Below, piece after piece: positions 46,853 through 56,807 of a stretch of DNA of 64,000 nt. Location: contig JAKAEB010000017.1 in NCBI GenBank assembly GCA_021818445.1, positions 480 through 64,479 on the forward strand, given 5' to 3'. How positions within the stretch are numbered: the stretch's first letter is position 1; each line of letters begins with the position of its first letter. Source of the stretch: Planctomycetota bacterium (GTDB lineage: Bacteria; Planctomycetota; Phycisphaerae; WQYP01). Both the position numbers and the translations under genes were made by a program. The notes under the pieces were generated by a model. It saw only the letters and a program-made list of their open reading frames with translations. It was not told the DNA's origin and searched no databases.

Positions 46853-49210
46853 TTATTTGGCTTTGGCAATAATATCTGCCTGCTTGGCGAGGGCCAGCGC
46901 CAGGTGTTTCAGAAGCCGACTGCTTTCCGTATGGGCCGCCATCGTCAATGCATGGGCCGCGGCCGTGCCCGCACTGCCGTGGCTTGCCGAATCATAAAGC
47001 CGCAGATAGGCAAAAACCCGCACACGTTTGGAGGGCGAATGGACTAAGGCAGCCAGCCCATCTGAAAGCTTTTGCGGCAGGCCTTTAAGCGGTGCAAGCC
47101 GCAGCACCCAAGCCTGGATATCCACATCATCCGAGTCGTTGATTACCTGTTGCAGCGTCTTTTCTATCAGCGCCATGGACTGCGCGGCCTTGTGATGGCC
47201 GGTAGCCGTAGCATGGGCTGCCTTGATCAATGCGGGTAGATGGTTAACCAAAATGCCCGCAGCCAGCATGCGATTGGCGGTTGAAAATGAGGGCAACTTC
47301 TCGGCCAGCATCGTCAAATTTGACGGCATATCGGGTGGCAATCCATTGACGTTGAAATAACCGGCCGAAAGCGCCTGACCACCAAGCCCCGGGAATACCT
47401 TATTGTGCTCGATGATCGGATTGGTGATAAATTCAATTCGGCCCCCAAGCATCGACATGGGGTGCTGCTGCAAAATCGCCCGCAGCAGCCCCTGATCCAA
47501 CCGGTACCGCACCTCAAGCGTGGCGTTGGAATCCAAACTGAATATCTGCGGGTTTGAATCGACGGCATATGTACCGAGATTCTGATCGGTCAGCCCCTCC
47601 AGCCTTGCCACCATCGCCACGTTGGTCGTAATGGCGGATGTCGGCCCCACCGCCAGCGTGAACGGAGACGCATTGTAGTAATCGACACGGGCATACATCG
47701 GCTCACCCGAATGGCTGGTGCGATGAATAAGATGAACCGATTCCAAAAGCACACGTTCAGGATGTGCCAGTACGTGGAGCATCTCCTTCGGGTAGGCGCT
47801 GGCAAGTTTGGCAATTTTTGCCGCACCCGCCGGCGGCTGCAATTTGATGTCCAGATGACGGGCTTCGTTATAGGTTTGCAGTGCGATGAGGGTAGTGGGG
47901 GCCTTAACCCAAAGGGTATCCAATAATCGGGCGGCATGGTGCAGATGTCCGCTTTGCGCCAAAAGACGCGCCAAGCCGATTTGGGCGTAGGGATCGGTTT
48001 TAGCGGCTTTGAATTTTGCCAGTGCCGCACCGGTGTAAAGTTCGCGCATCAGTTGCCAACCGTGAATCCGCAGGTACACGGGGCTTTTACCGCCAAGCAG
48101 TTTTTCAAGTCCCGCAACCTGTGCATTGATGTCCGGCGGCAGCTTAGGTGCGTACAGCACTTTGAGCCAGAGCAAATCCGCCTTTAGTTCCGGCGAATGG
48201 TTCCCCTTGATGGCTTTTCTGATGCGTGCTTCGAGCCGTTTCAGCAGCAGCCCTGACAGATTGCCGCTGGCTGTGTGACCTTTGCAAATGGCGGCCAGTG
48301 CCAGGGAAAGTGTGCCGGCGGTGGGATGGCGCAGTGCAGTGAGCTCGCTCAGGTAGGCGTGGGCTTCCTGCGATTTTCCCCCCATCTGCCAAAACGCCGC
48401 CAAATCTCCCGCAAAGCCCGGGCTCAATTTTTCCCGCGCGCGTTGAAACTGCTGAATACTTTGGTTGGCCCACGCCGCTGCCATCGCATAAAGACGATTC
48501 GATGCGAGTATCCTCGCCCCGGACTTTAAAAGTGCCGGCTGGTAAGGATCGCATTCCAGCGCCTTGGTGATGATATACATTCGCTGCACGGGCTGGGCAT
48601 GAGTTTTGGTCAGCCCGGCCAGAATCAAATCCCACGCATTGACGTTGGCATTGTCAAGCTCAACCGCCTTGATGAAATAGGCGGCAGCTTTATTCTTCCG
48701 TGCCTCAACCATGTACAGTTCGCCGAGCCGCAGCGCAATCATGCTGCCTAGCTGTTTACTCCCGCCGTGTGTTTTAAATGCCGTTTTATAAATGGAAATT
48801 CGGCCATCTACGGTCTGTTTGGCCCCCGCCAGCGCATCGAGCAGTTTTAACTGTGCGGCCAGATCATTGGGATCAAGTTTACAGAGCGTTAAAAGGGCCT
48901 TGACACGCAGTGCGGGCTTATCTATCGATTGTGCCGCCTCGGCCAGCAGCCGGTAGCCGGTGGCCGACTTTGGATTCAGTCGGACCGCCATCCCCAGCAG
49001 GTATTGGGCAATTGTGGCCGCCCGCTGCGGCGCGATGGTGGTGTTACGTCCAATATTCCGTGCGTCATCAATCAGTTGATCGGCCAGACGTGTTCGTCCA
49101 CCGCCGGCTGCAACTGCCATTTTGCCGGTTCCCAGCACCGACGCGCCCACCAAAATACACGTTGTGAGCCAACGCCTGTTACACCCTTTTGTCGGCATCA
49201 TCCCGAGCAC
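46853..49210 (-). CDS. Secreted TPR-repeat protein
   Basis: Signal WLTTCILVGASVLGTGKMAVA. Repeated Ala/Leu/Tyr-rich 34-aa-like helices, e.g. YRLLAEAAQSIDKPALRVKALLTLCKLDPND and AAAYFIKAVELDNANVNAWDLIL. Confidence 0.7.
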   Translation of the reverse strand: MLGMMPTKGCNRRWLTTCILVGASVLGTGKMAVAAGGGRTRLADQLIDDARNIGRNTTIAPQRAATIAQYLLGMAVRLNPKSATGYRLLAEAAQSIDKPALRVKALLTLCKLDPNDLAAQLKLLDALAGAKQTVDGRISIYKTAFKTHGGSKQLGSMIALRLGELYMVEARKNKAAAYFIKAVELDNANVNAWDLILAGLTKTHAQPVQRMYIITKALECDPYQPALLKSGARILASNRLYAMAAAWANQSIQQFQRAREKLSPGFAGDLAAFWQMGGKSQEAHAYLSELTALRHPTAGTLSLALAAICKGHTASGNLSGLLLKRLEARIRKAIKGNHSPELKADLLWLKVLYAPKLPPDINAQVAGLEKLLGGKSPVYLRIHGWQLMRELYTGAALAKFKAAKTDPYAQIGLARLLAQSGHLHHAARLLDTLWVKAPTTLIALQTYNEARHLDIKLQPPAGAAKIAKLASAYPKEMLHVLAHPERVLLESVHLIHRTSHSGEPMYARVDYYNASPFTLAVGPTSAITTNVAMVARLEGLTDQNLGTYAVDSNPQIFSLDSNATLEVRYRLDQGLLRAILQQHPMSMLGGRIEFITNPIIEHNKVFPGLGGQALSAGYFNVNGLPPDMPSNLTMLAEKLPSFSTANRMLAAGILVNHLPALIKAAHATATGHHKAAQSMALIEKTLQQVINDSDDVDIQAWVLRLAPLKGLPQKLSDGLAALVHSPSKRVRVFAYLRLYDSASHGSAGTAAAHALTMAAHTESSRLLKHLALALAKQADIIAKAK

Positions 49211-49521
49211 CCTAATTTAGACGAGCAACATGTCAACATTATCCCGGTTCTTACCTATGCCCCGTTAAAGAAGGCCGATAACCGTTTTCAGCCTGCGCCA
49301 TCTCGCAGTCTTATACCGGCCTGTAAATGTGTGGTCAATGAGCCGCCACCCAGCCGAAAGAGTACCAAACATCCTTTTCGCATCGCCAATTGCCTATCGG
49401 GACGCATTCTACGGCCCGGTACATCATCCCATACGGCATAGCCGCGTACCGAAACGGCCCATATCGCCCTTGGCCGCGAGCGGCAGTCCGCAAGGGATAT
49501 CGGTTAAACGGCAGCGGGCCT

Positions 49522-50265
49522 TCACGTTTTTGGACGTCTACCCCCTGGGCCAAATACCATGGGCGCATTTGAGGAGGCTGCCCGATGCGCTTTCCGCGCT
49601 TTCCATATCTCATGAAGATACCGATTTATCAACACGGTGCGATTGCTTATCCACGCCGCGAACCGCGCATCGTCGGCCGGCACGGCCAGCAATCGGACAG
49701 AAATGTTCAGCCATTGGCTGCCGCGCAGCACGCGAAGTTCAATGCGGCTGCCAGCTCGAAAAACACTCATCAATTGTAAAAAATCCATGTTTGTCATGCC
49801 CGGGCCAAATAGGTGCCCGTTTATGCCAAAAATCAGATCGCCCCGTCGCAATACCCTTCCCGCCGGTAAACCACGCAATACTCGATTCACATAGACGGCG
49901 GAAAAACCGCGCATGGTGGGTACATGCGATAAAACCAAAAAGCGAATCCCCAAAAAAGGTCGCCGTCCCCCCTCCAGCAGATGCTTCTCCAGATACAATT
50001 GCAGGCCAACGCGGCGTAAACGAACGGTCGTTTCCGGCTTCGCACTATGGGCCAGGGCTTTTTCTATAGTCGATAGCGCCCCGGCAGACTTTACCAACAG
50101 GGCCCTTTCCGCCGCGTGACGCACGCTCCAACGACTGCTTTGCAACCGCTCGATTTCCGTCGCAACGGAATGTGCCGTCGCCAACGACACATCAGCCCAA
50201 GCGACGCCGCACCCCGCCAACCACAACGCCATGAATGCCGCACGCCTTGGCGATACCATCCTCAT
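49522..50265 (-). CDS. Secreted PDZ-domain protein with an N-terminal HEAT-like module
   Basis: Signal AAFMALWLAGCGVAWA. HEAT-like SSRWSVRHAAERALL...TIEKAL. PDZ: AVYVNRVLRGLPAGRVLRRGDLIFGINGHLF. Confidence 0.7.
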   Translation of the reverse strand: MRMVSPRRAAFMALWLAGCGVAWADVSLATAHSVATEIERLQSSRWSVRHAAERALLVKSAGALSTIEKALAHSAKPETTVRLRRVGLQLYLEKHLLEGGRRPFLGIRFLVLSHVPTMRGFSAVYVNRVLRGLPAGRVLRRGDLIFGINGHLFGPGMTNMDFLQLMSVFRAGSRIELRVLRGSQWLNISVRLLAVPADDARFAAWISNRTVLINRYLHEIWKARKAHRAASSNAPMVFGPGGRRPKT

Positions 50266-50376
50266 TACCCCATCATGCCCAAATCACCCTGCCGACGCAA
50301 ACAAAAGGCTGTCCGGGGCGGGCCGGGTCCGGCGGCAAATTGCAACTTCAGCCGCATAAAATGTTATCATTGGGAT

Positions 50377-51258
50377 ATGGAAAAACAGGTTGGAAATATG
50401 CCGGACGATACACCAAATGAGGATCACGCGCCGCAGGCGAGACCATCGCCCGATGCACTGGCCGATTCATCGGCTCAATGGCAAACTGAGGACACAGTCG
50501 CACCGCAGATGCCCACTGCCGACCCCCGATCTGCCTCGGCACCGGAAATGAAAAATGCTGCCGATGAGCCACCATCCGATGAGGCATCGCAAAGCCGGCG
50601 CGGCTTTTTTGCCCGCTGTATTCGCGACATGATGGCACCGGTGGCCAGTTTAATCGAACGCAAGGTGGAGCCGATGGCCAGTGCTTTTAGCACCGAATTT
50701 GACCACGGTACGTCACCCATGTATTCCGATACTGAACATCACGACTATTACGACCGCTATGCGGGGCCGGATATTATATTACGCCCACCCGGTGCGCTGC
50801 CCGAGGAGGATTTTGAAAAGGCCTGCTCCAAATGCGGTCTATGCGTGCAGGCCTGCCCGGTTAAATGTATCGCCATCGACTCCGAGGCCAAAATCGGCGA
50901 TGGTTTTCCGTACATTGTCCCAACCCTGGCACCTTGCGTGGTGTGCGATGAACTTGCTTGCATGAAAGCGTGTCCATCCGGAGCTTTGAAGCTTGTCGAA
51001 AAAGCCAAAATCCGCATGGGCCTCGCCGTGGTAGATGCCGGTGCCTGCCTCCGGTCGCATGGCGAGGACTGCCGCCTGTGTGTGGAGGCTTGTCCAATCG
51101 GCGATTCCGCCATTGTCATCAGCCAGACCAGTGGGCGGGTGTTGGTGAAAACCAATGGCTGCGTGGGTTGCGGCAGTTGTGAACACGCCTGCCCGACCGA
51201 CCCGGCAGCCATTACGGTCCGTCCCATTAAAACCGATGCATTTCCGAATGAGGATTGA
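50377..51258 (+). CDS. NapG/MauM-like poly-4Fe-4S ferredoxin with an internal Tat-like motif
   Basis: Four Cys clusters: CSKCGLCVQACP, CVVCDELACMKACP, CLRSHGEDCRLCVEACP and CVGCGSCEHACP. SRRGFFARCI resembles a twin-arginine motif but follows an acidic leader of about 70 aa. The start could be 50377 or 50398. Confidence 0.8.
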   Translation: MEKQVGNMPDDTPNEDHAPQARPSPDALADSSAQWQTEDTVAPQMPTADPRSASAPEMKNAADEPPSDEASQSRRGFFARCIRDMMAPVASLIERKVEPMASAFSTEFDHGTSPMYSDTEHHDYYDRYAGPDIILRPPGALPEEDFEKACSKCGLCVQACPVKCIAIDSEAKIGDGFPYIVPTLAPCVVCDELACMKACPSGALKLVEKAKIRMGLAVVDAGACLRSHGEDCRLCVEACPIGDSAIVISQTSGRVLVKTNGCVGCGSCEHACPTDPAAITVRPIKTDAFPNED

Positions 51259-51348
51259 AAGCCGCAGGGCGCAGCCCGTCGCCGCTGCAAATCAGCCGGC
51301 TGCGTGTTTGTAAACTGGGGCAACGCGAAATGATCGGCGGCGATCTGA

Positions 51349-52815
51349 CTATCGCGGCAGGGGGGCATGGATTTTGCCCGCCAGCACTGCTGTGGCCAAT
51401 GCATCTATGCATGAGCCGTCAAATACCGATCCACGTTGTTCCGCAATATTTCGCATGGCGTGGTGGGTGCCCGGCATCGGCTCACGCCCGCACAGCAGCC
51501 AGTCAAATCGGTTGGCCACGGCGATAATCCGCGCCCCGACGGGAATTTGTTCTCCGGAAAGCCCGCAGGGAAATCCGCTTCCGTCAACGTGCTCATGGTG
51601 TGCTTCCACAAGAGGAATGATCGGCGCAAAGCCCCGAATGCCAGAGAGAATCCTCCGCCCCGTTTCCACATGCTGACGGTAACGCCGCTGATCCAACTCC
51701 GAGAGTCTTTCGGTATTTTCCAGAATATTATTGCCCAACCCCAGCTTCCCAATATCGTGCAGCAGCGCCGCACGGCGAATCCACAATCGTTGATTGGCCG
51801 GTAAATTCAATTCCGCCGCCATGGCATCGGCGGCATCGGCCACCCGCCGACTGTGTCCCGCTGTCCATGGACTTTTCGCATCAATCACATCAGAAAACGC
51901 ACCTACCAGGCGATCAATCTCGGCATCGTGAATCACGCCCGCAGTCGGTTCTTCAAATCGCCGCACCCATTCATTCGCATCACCATTTTCCAAACTGACC
52001 CAAAAATCGCTCTCTGAAGATGCCGACACAAACGCCCGCACCAGATTGGGATCAAACCATGTGCCGCTCCGGTCGCATATCTCGCCGGTGGCCATCACCG
52101 GGCCGCCCACCACATGAAAAACATCAATGACCTGAGCCAGCAACGCCAGGCGGCTCAGCAGAGGTATCTCCTTGCCGGAGAGTTTCTGTGGCAATCCTCT
52201 TCCATCCCAGTGCTCATCCAGCGATCCAACCGCGTCGCTGACACCATGCGGGAAACCCATTTTGGCCAGGATGTCCTGACCGCGATGACACCGATCTTCA
52301 ATGACCTCTTTCGCCAGATTGGCGCTGTTCAGACCGATGTGCACCACCTGCGCCAGCCGGGATTTAAGCGGTGCATCCGGACGGGTATGGGTAAGAATGA
52401 ACTGGATAATCTGCATCAACTTGCCGCTGTCTACCTGACGGAAATCGGCTTTCAGTGCGATATCATCCATTCCATAGAGGTTAAACAGACGCGAGGCGTT
52501 GCTGGAACATCCGATATCCTTGAGCAAAACCGCATAGAACAGGTCGCAGCGTTGTGCCTCGGGCAGATGGATGGTGTCGGCAATCCGCAGCGCCATCCAG
52601 GCGGCACGCTGGCTATGCCCGGCTGGTAGTCCCTCGGTTAGGTCCAGCGCCACACTCAAAGCCGAAAGTAATTCGGCACGTGTAAGGCGTTCAGGCTCCG
52701 CGCTCAAGGGGACGGTCGTCCGACCCTGCATCTGTCTGATGGTCAATACGGTCATATCGTTTCCGCTCTCTGCCCAACCTCTGTCTGCCATTGCGGCCAG
52801 CGCCCGCTGCGCCAA
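51349..52815 (-). CDS. Tandem HD-domain protein with a C-terminal HD-GYP-type domain
   Basis: The C-terminal domain has LLHDIGKLGL and EAHHEHVDGSGFPCGLSGEQIPVGARIIAVANRFD. The N-terminal HD-like domain is degenerate (AVLLKDIGCSS...GSLDEHWDGRGLPQKL). Confidence 0.8.
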   Translation of the reverse strand: MAQRALAAMADRGWAESGNDMTVLTIRQMQGRTTVPLSAEPERLTRAELLSALSVALDLTEGLPAGHSQRAAWMALRIADTIHLPEAQRCDLFYAVLLKDIGCSSNASRLFNLYGMDDIALKADFRQVDSGKLMQIIQFILTHTRPDAPLKSRLAQVVHIGLNSANLAKEVIEDRCHRGQDILAKMGFPHGVSDAVGSLDEHWDGRGLPQKLSGKEIPLLSRLALLAQVIDVFHVVGGPVMATGEICDRSGTWFDPNLVRAFVSASSESDFWVSLENGDANEWVRRFEEPTAGVIHDAEIDRLVGAFSDVIDAKSPWTAGHSRRVADAADAMAAELNLPANQRLWIRRAALLHDIGKLGLGNNILENTERLSELDQRRYRQHVETGRRILSGIRGFAPIIPLVEAHHEHVDGSGFPCGLSGEQIPVGARIIAVANRFDWLLCGREPMPGTHHAMRNIAEQRGSVFDGSCIDALATAVLAGKIHAPLPR

Positions 52816-52931
52816 CGCATCCTCACAACACCCCTATCAGCGGTAAATAAAGGCTTTGGGCATGAGCCAAAATCGGGGGAGGCCGCCATGTCCGCGGGCG
52901 ATAATATTGATGAATAAATTTTTGTTGGTTA

Positions 52932-53993
52932 TCAGACACGGCGTGCCGCAGTTACCTTGGCGGTACCGGGCATCGTGGCAATCGTGGAAAGACGCACGAT
53001 AAACATCTCCATGGTGCGTTGCGGGTCACCCAGACTGGTTTTGGCCGCCACATCAACTGAGAGTAATTCGCCCAAGGCGAGCTGGACACCCGAGAGGCCC
53101 CAACGCCGGGCAAGGCTTAACGTCTGGCTGGCCCGGGAAGGTGGGAAGAGCTTAAGCTCCCGGATAATCTGCGAATCGGGCAGTCGCCGGTCAAGCAGTT
53201 CCCGCGCCGCGGCCACCCGCCCCAGCCAATGGTAAACGGCCCCCACAATGGTGAAAGCCGCCCGCGCGTCCATCTGCAGCAATTCCGCATGCCGTGCCAA
53301 CGCACCTGGTGCGTCCGACTCGGCCAACGCATCTATAAAATCCCACACTTTTTGCTCATGCTGAAATCCCACCATTTCGTCAACCATCGCTGCGGTGATG
53401 GAGGGTTTGTCGGCGGCATACAAGCTCAATTTGGACAGTTCTGAATCCAGCCGTGCATAGTCCGGTCCCACCAGGTCCGCCAGCCGCCCGACCGCCGCGC
53501 CGTCTATCTTTTTTTTGTAATACTCCCACGCGCGGCGTACCAGCCACGGGCCGATATCTCCGGCGCGGGGCAGCGGGGCCGCGAGGATCGCACCGTCGGC
53601 TTCCAAAAACTTATGCAGCCGGGTGGTCTTCAACCACGAATCACACACCAGCACCAGTACCGTTGCCGGATGCGGGTTTTGCGCATACGCCAGTATTAAT
53701 TCGCGGGCACCGCCGCCTCCGCCCGTTTCTCCTTCGCCGTCATCTGTGCCACCTGATTTGAACAGCCAGTCCGCCGGGTCAGCCACCACCAGTTTTTTTG
53801 TCTCAAACATGCTGGTGGTGCGGCATTCATCCAGCAAGCCCGCCACCGCTCCGCCAGGTTCAATGCGCACCACGCCGTAGCGGCTATTCCCCAAGTAAGT
53901 TTCCTGGATTGATTCAACCAGGCTCCGGCGTGTGAAGGCATCCGGGCCATCGATCACCATCACCGGTCGAATTTTAATACTTGTCGTGGTCAC
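52932..53993 (-). CDS. holA: DNA polymerase III delta subunit
   Basis: About 350 aa, the size of HolA. It has a HolA-like N-terminal layout (VMVIDGPDAFTRRSLVESI..., KLVVADPADWLF) and a helical C-terminal half (VWDFIDAL...). Confidence 0.75.
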   Translation of the reverse strand: MTTTSIKIRPVMVIDGPDAFTRRSLVESIQETYLGNSRYGVVRIEPGGAVAGLLDECRTTSMFETKKLVVADPADWLFKSGGTDDGEGETGGGGGARELILAYAQNPHPATVLVLVCDSWLKTTRLHKFLEADGAILAAPLPRAGDIGPWLVRRAWEYYKKKIDGAAVGRLADLVGPDYARLDSELSKLSLYAADKPSITAAMVDEMVGFQHEQKVWDFIDALAESDAPGALARHAELLQMDARAAFTIVGAVYHWLGRVAAARELLDRRLPDSQIIRELKLFPPSRASQTLSLARRWGLSGVQLALGELLSVDVAAKTSLGDPQRTMEMFIVRLSTIATMPGTAKVTAARRV

Positions 53994-54040
53994 AGGCCTG
54001 CTTTGCGCTCCATGCTTACGGCAATCAATTCAAACAGGCT

Positions 54041-55423
54041 CTAAGGCATGGGAACATTGGTAAACCTGAAGGGTATTTTCAGATTTACCGCCCGCGTGTA
54101 GAGCCTCAGGGTCATCTTGGCCAATTCGATATTGGTTTGCAGGGTGTAGGTGGTTTCATTCTGGCCGCCATTAATACTTGAAAAATTAATAAAATTGGGT
54201 GCCGCCCCGTTTGATGCCCGCCCCAGCATGCTCATGGTATTTGATACCTGATTTTCAATAGTTTGTTCCTGCGGCGACAGCACGCCCTGCCATGAGACCA
54301 CATAGGTTAACTGCCAGTTGCCGTTCAGAAATTTTTCAGGCCCGAATTTCATTCGCACCCCGTCGATGCGGAGCGTTTCCGACTTTTTGCCCGATAATTT
54401 AACGGTATAGTCCTTTCTGCCCACCGCCGCCGTGATGGGGATATAACCCTTGAGTATTTTTATTCTGCGGCCCGGATGCTTGGGATAATTTAAATTGAAG
54501 TTGCAGTTCGCCACCGCACCTTGAAACTGACCGCCAAAATAATTATTCATATTGGGCGACAGCAAAGACTGCCCTTTGGAGTCAATTGCCTTCGTGATGG
54601 TAACCGACTGCATCTGCAAATTGCCGATTTCGTTCGGTAGCATGAGCAAATTAGCCTGAATGTTGAAGCTTGACGACCGGGCCGGTTTAGGCTGCGTGTA
54701 GTCGCATGATCGCTGGTAGTTCCCGCTTGTCAAACTCACTGCAAATGCGCCATCAAATGAGGTAAATGTACTGATGGTATTTTGGCCTTGCGCAAATTGC
54801 ATACCCGGCTGCCCGTTGTTCATATAACCGAACGACGGCGACATATTGGTCTTTGCAGCCAGAATGGCGATTACCTTCCAGAATGGAGCATTTTTTACAT
54901 CCAGCGAAACCGTCGATGCGGTATTGGAGTTCCAGAAATTGGCGGTGGTACCCGCTTGCTTGCAGACGTCCATAATCGCCGTGGTGGCCGGTACGTTTTT
55001 CAACTTAAGCGTGATAAGCGGCCCCCGCATCAGGTCTGCTTTTGCAATGGCTCGCAGGTCGCGCCGCAGCAGATGCCGCATCTCCGGCGTGGTCAGGCCT
55101 TTGAGCGCCGCTTTCAGGTACGGCATTACCGGGTCGCCCATGGCCAGAAGTTCATGCGCCGCCCTTTCTCGTACCGCGTACCGGCCACTGCCCAACGCCT
55201 TGATGTCCGCCTTGATCTTGGCAGCATCCGCCTTGGGCGGCGCAGGGTAGCTTAATTTAGCCGATGCGTGCCCTTTGCCTGGCTTCGGAGCGGGGGCCGG
55301 AATCATCGGCCCACCCGGTTGGATGTTGGTCGGATTGAGTATGATCATCCTGGCCTGCAACCCCTCTGAAATCGCCATCGAAAGGCCCACGGCCAAAATC
55401 GCCATTGGTACCGAATGCTTCAT
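54041..55423 (-). CDS. Secreted protein with an N-terminal HEAT-like module, hypothetical
   Basis: Trimmed from the 607-aa track ORF to ATG 55423 (MKHSVPMAILAVGLSMAISEGLQA signal), because the upstream 147 aa are Arg-rich and overlap the neighbouring gene. It contains GSGRYAVRERAAHELLAMGDPVMPYLKAAL. Confidence 0.65.
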   Translation of the reverse strand: MKHSVPMAILAVGLSMAISEGLQARMIILNPTNIQPGGPMIPAPAPKPGKGHASAKLSYPAPPKADAAKIKADIKALGSGRYAVRERAAHELLAMGDPVMPYLKAALKGLTTPEMRHLLRRDLRAIAKADLMRGPLITLKLKNVPATTAIMDVCKQAGTTANFWNSNTASTVSLDVKNAPFWKVIAILAAKTNMSPSFGYMNNGQPGMQFAQGQNTISTFTSFDGAFAVSLTSGNYQRSCDYTQPKPARSSSFNIQANLLMLPNEIGNLQMQSVTITKAIDSKGQSLLSPNMNNYFGGQFQGAVANCNFNLNYPKHPGRRIKILKGYIPITAAVGRKDYTVKLSGKKSETLRIDGVRMKFGPEKFLNGNWQLTYVVSWQGVLSPQEQTIENQVSNTMSMLGRASNGAAPNFINFSSINGGQNETTYTLQTNIELAKMTLRLYTRAVNLKIPFRFTNVPMP

Positions 55424-55568
55424 TTTACGCCCCCAGGAAACCAAACTGCCCGTTACGTCTTCATCGAAATCGAACTCTACGCTTTTACTCTGACTGATGC
55501 AACTCCCGCCCATCTGCATTGTGCCCGGCCCGCCGCAATCCATGTTATGACTCGGACAGGCTCCTTGG

Positions 55569-56168
55569 CTATTGCCCCGATGTATCCTCCTCAATGACGG
55601 CCGGCGCTTCGGCATCGCCCGCTGGTTCAGCCGCGACGGCCCCTTCCGCCGGCGGTGCGCTGGTCGGCGCACCCGCCAACGGTACCTGCCCCTGATACTG
55701 CCGGATACCCACGCACAAATCGGAATAGAACCGCGCAAATTTGGCCTTTGAAAGCGTTGTCCTGATCTCATGCGGTCGACCGGCACGGACAATAAATAAC
55801 CGGTGCGGCGGGTTAAGAATTGTGAACACCGTCCAGCTACTGAGTATCGGTAGCGGCCACCCAAATAATACCAACAGCACGATCTTGCCTTGCACGGAGT
55901 ATGCGCTTATCACGAAGAGGGTACATATCGCGGCGTCGATCATAAATAACAGCAGACCCAATACCAGCCAACCGGACAAACGTCGCGCCTGGGCTACATA
56001 GATTCGCTCAATCCGGTTGAAGAGTATCCGTCGCATGGTATCGCGGTACCCGCTACTTGAAAGCAGCAGCAGATGATCGGATTCAATCATGGCCCGCTGC
56101 GTCCCGAATCCGCGCGAAATTACCCACAATTTTGGCTTGGGTTTTGGTGTTGATGTTTTTTCTGCCAT
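55569..56168 (-). CDS. Membrane protein, hypothetical
   Basis: Its ATG directly abuts the upstream stop (TAAATG). TM helices LSGWLVLGLLLFMIDAAICTLFVI and IVLLVLFGWPLPILSSWTVFTIL. Acidic Pro/Ala-rich tail. Confidence 0.65.
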   Translation of the reverse strand: MAEKTSTPKPKPKLWVISRGFGTQRAMIESDHLLLLSSSGYRDTMRRILFNRIERIYVAQARRLSGWLVLGLLLFMIDAAICTLFVISAYSVQGKIVLLVLFGWPLPILSSWTVFTILNPPHRLFIVRAGRPHEIRTTLSKAKFARFYSDLCVGIRQYQGQVPLAGAPTSAPPAEGAVAAEPAGDAEAPAVIEEDTSGQ

Positions 56169-56807
56169 TTATGCCCCAAAAAGTGGATAGGCCCTCAAGA
56201 GAATGTTGCCCCAAAAAAGTAAACCCAGCGCCGCCCAGATTACCAGCCCTGCAAGCATTACCGGTAGCTTCCATCCGCTGACCACACGTCGGTAAAGCTC
56301 GTTGCCTTGCCGCATGCGAATAAGTTTTGCCCAGTAAATAAATGCCACAGGCACCCAGACAAATGATAAAAAAAGCATGATAACGGTGATGGGAAAAACA
56401 AGGGTAAACGCCAGTAGATGCCACACCAGACGGTCGGGCCGAGGCAACGAACTCGCAAACCGCTCAGACAATACGGCCTCGCCGGCCGCGGAATCCAGAA
56501 ACTGCACACTGTAGGTGGCCCCATCAATATCTACTGCACACAGGGCGCAGATGTAATTGCCCGTACCGGCACATTCCGCCACCGCACGATTTTCCGGGTG
56601 ATGCGCGCAGATGGCGTGCTGCTCAGACGCCGTATCCACCCGGTCCACCGATGGCTCTAACGGCGTGAATTCATCTACATGAAAGTTCAAATCGTGCCGC
56701 ACGCAGAACCATCCTTTATCGCGCCGCTGTGCCGGACTTCGACACCCGGCAATCGGACATGGCAGAGCCGATGGCAACTCCGCACTGCCTGCAGGAACCT
56801 GCGTCAT
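56169..56807 (-). CDS. Membrane protein with an N-terminal Cys/His zinc-finger-like region, hypothetical
   Basis: CPIAGC...FCVRHD and CAHHPENRAVAECAGTGNYICALCAV (B-box/zinc-ribbon-like), followed by three TM helices (LLAFTLVFPITVIMLFLSFVWVPVAFIYW, VMLAGLVIWAALGLLFWG). Confidence 0.65.
   Translation of the reverse strand: MTQVPAGSAELPSALPCPIAGCRSPAQRRDKGWFCVRHDLNFHVDEFTPLEPSVDRVDTASEQHAICAHHPENRAVAECAGTGNYICALCAVDIDGATYSVQFLDSAAGEAVLSERFASSLPRPDRLVWHLLAFTLVFPITVIMLFLSFVWVPVAFIYWAKLIRMRQGNELYRRVVSGWKLPVMLAGLVIWAALGLLFWGNILLRAYPLFGA

Noticed and set aside
49335-49613. 92-aa minus-strand ORF downstream of, and overlapping, the PDZ gene
   Set aside because: It overlaps the 3' end of the PDZ gene, has no RBS or recognisable motif, and has odd composition (Arg/Gly/Tyr-rich).
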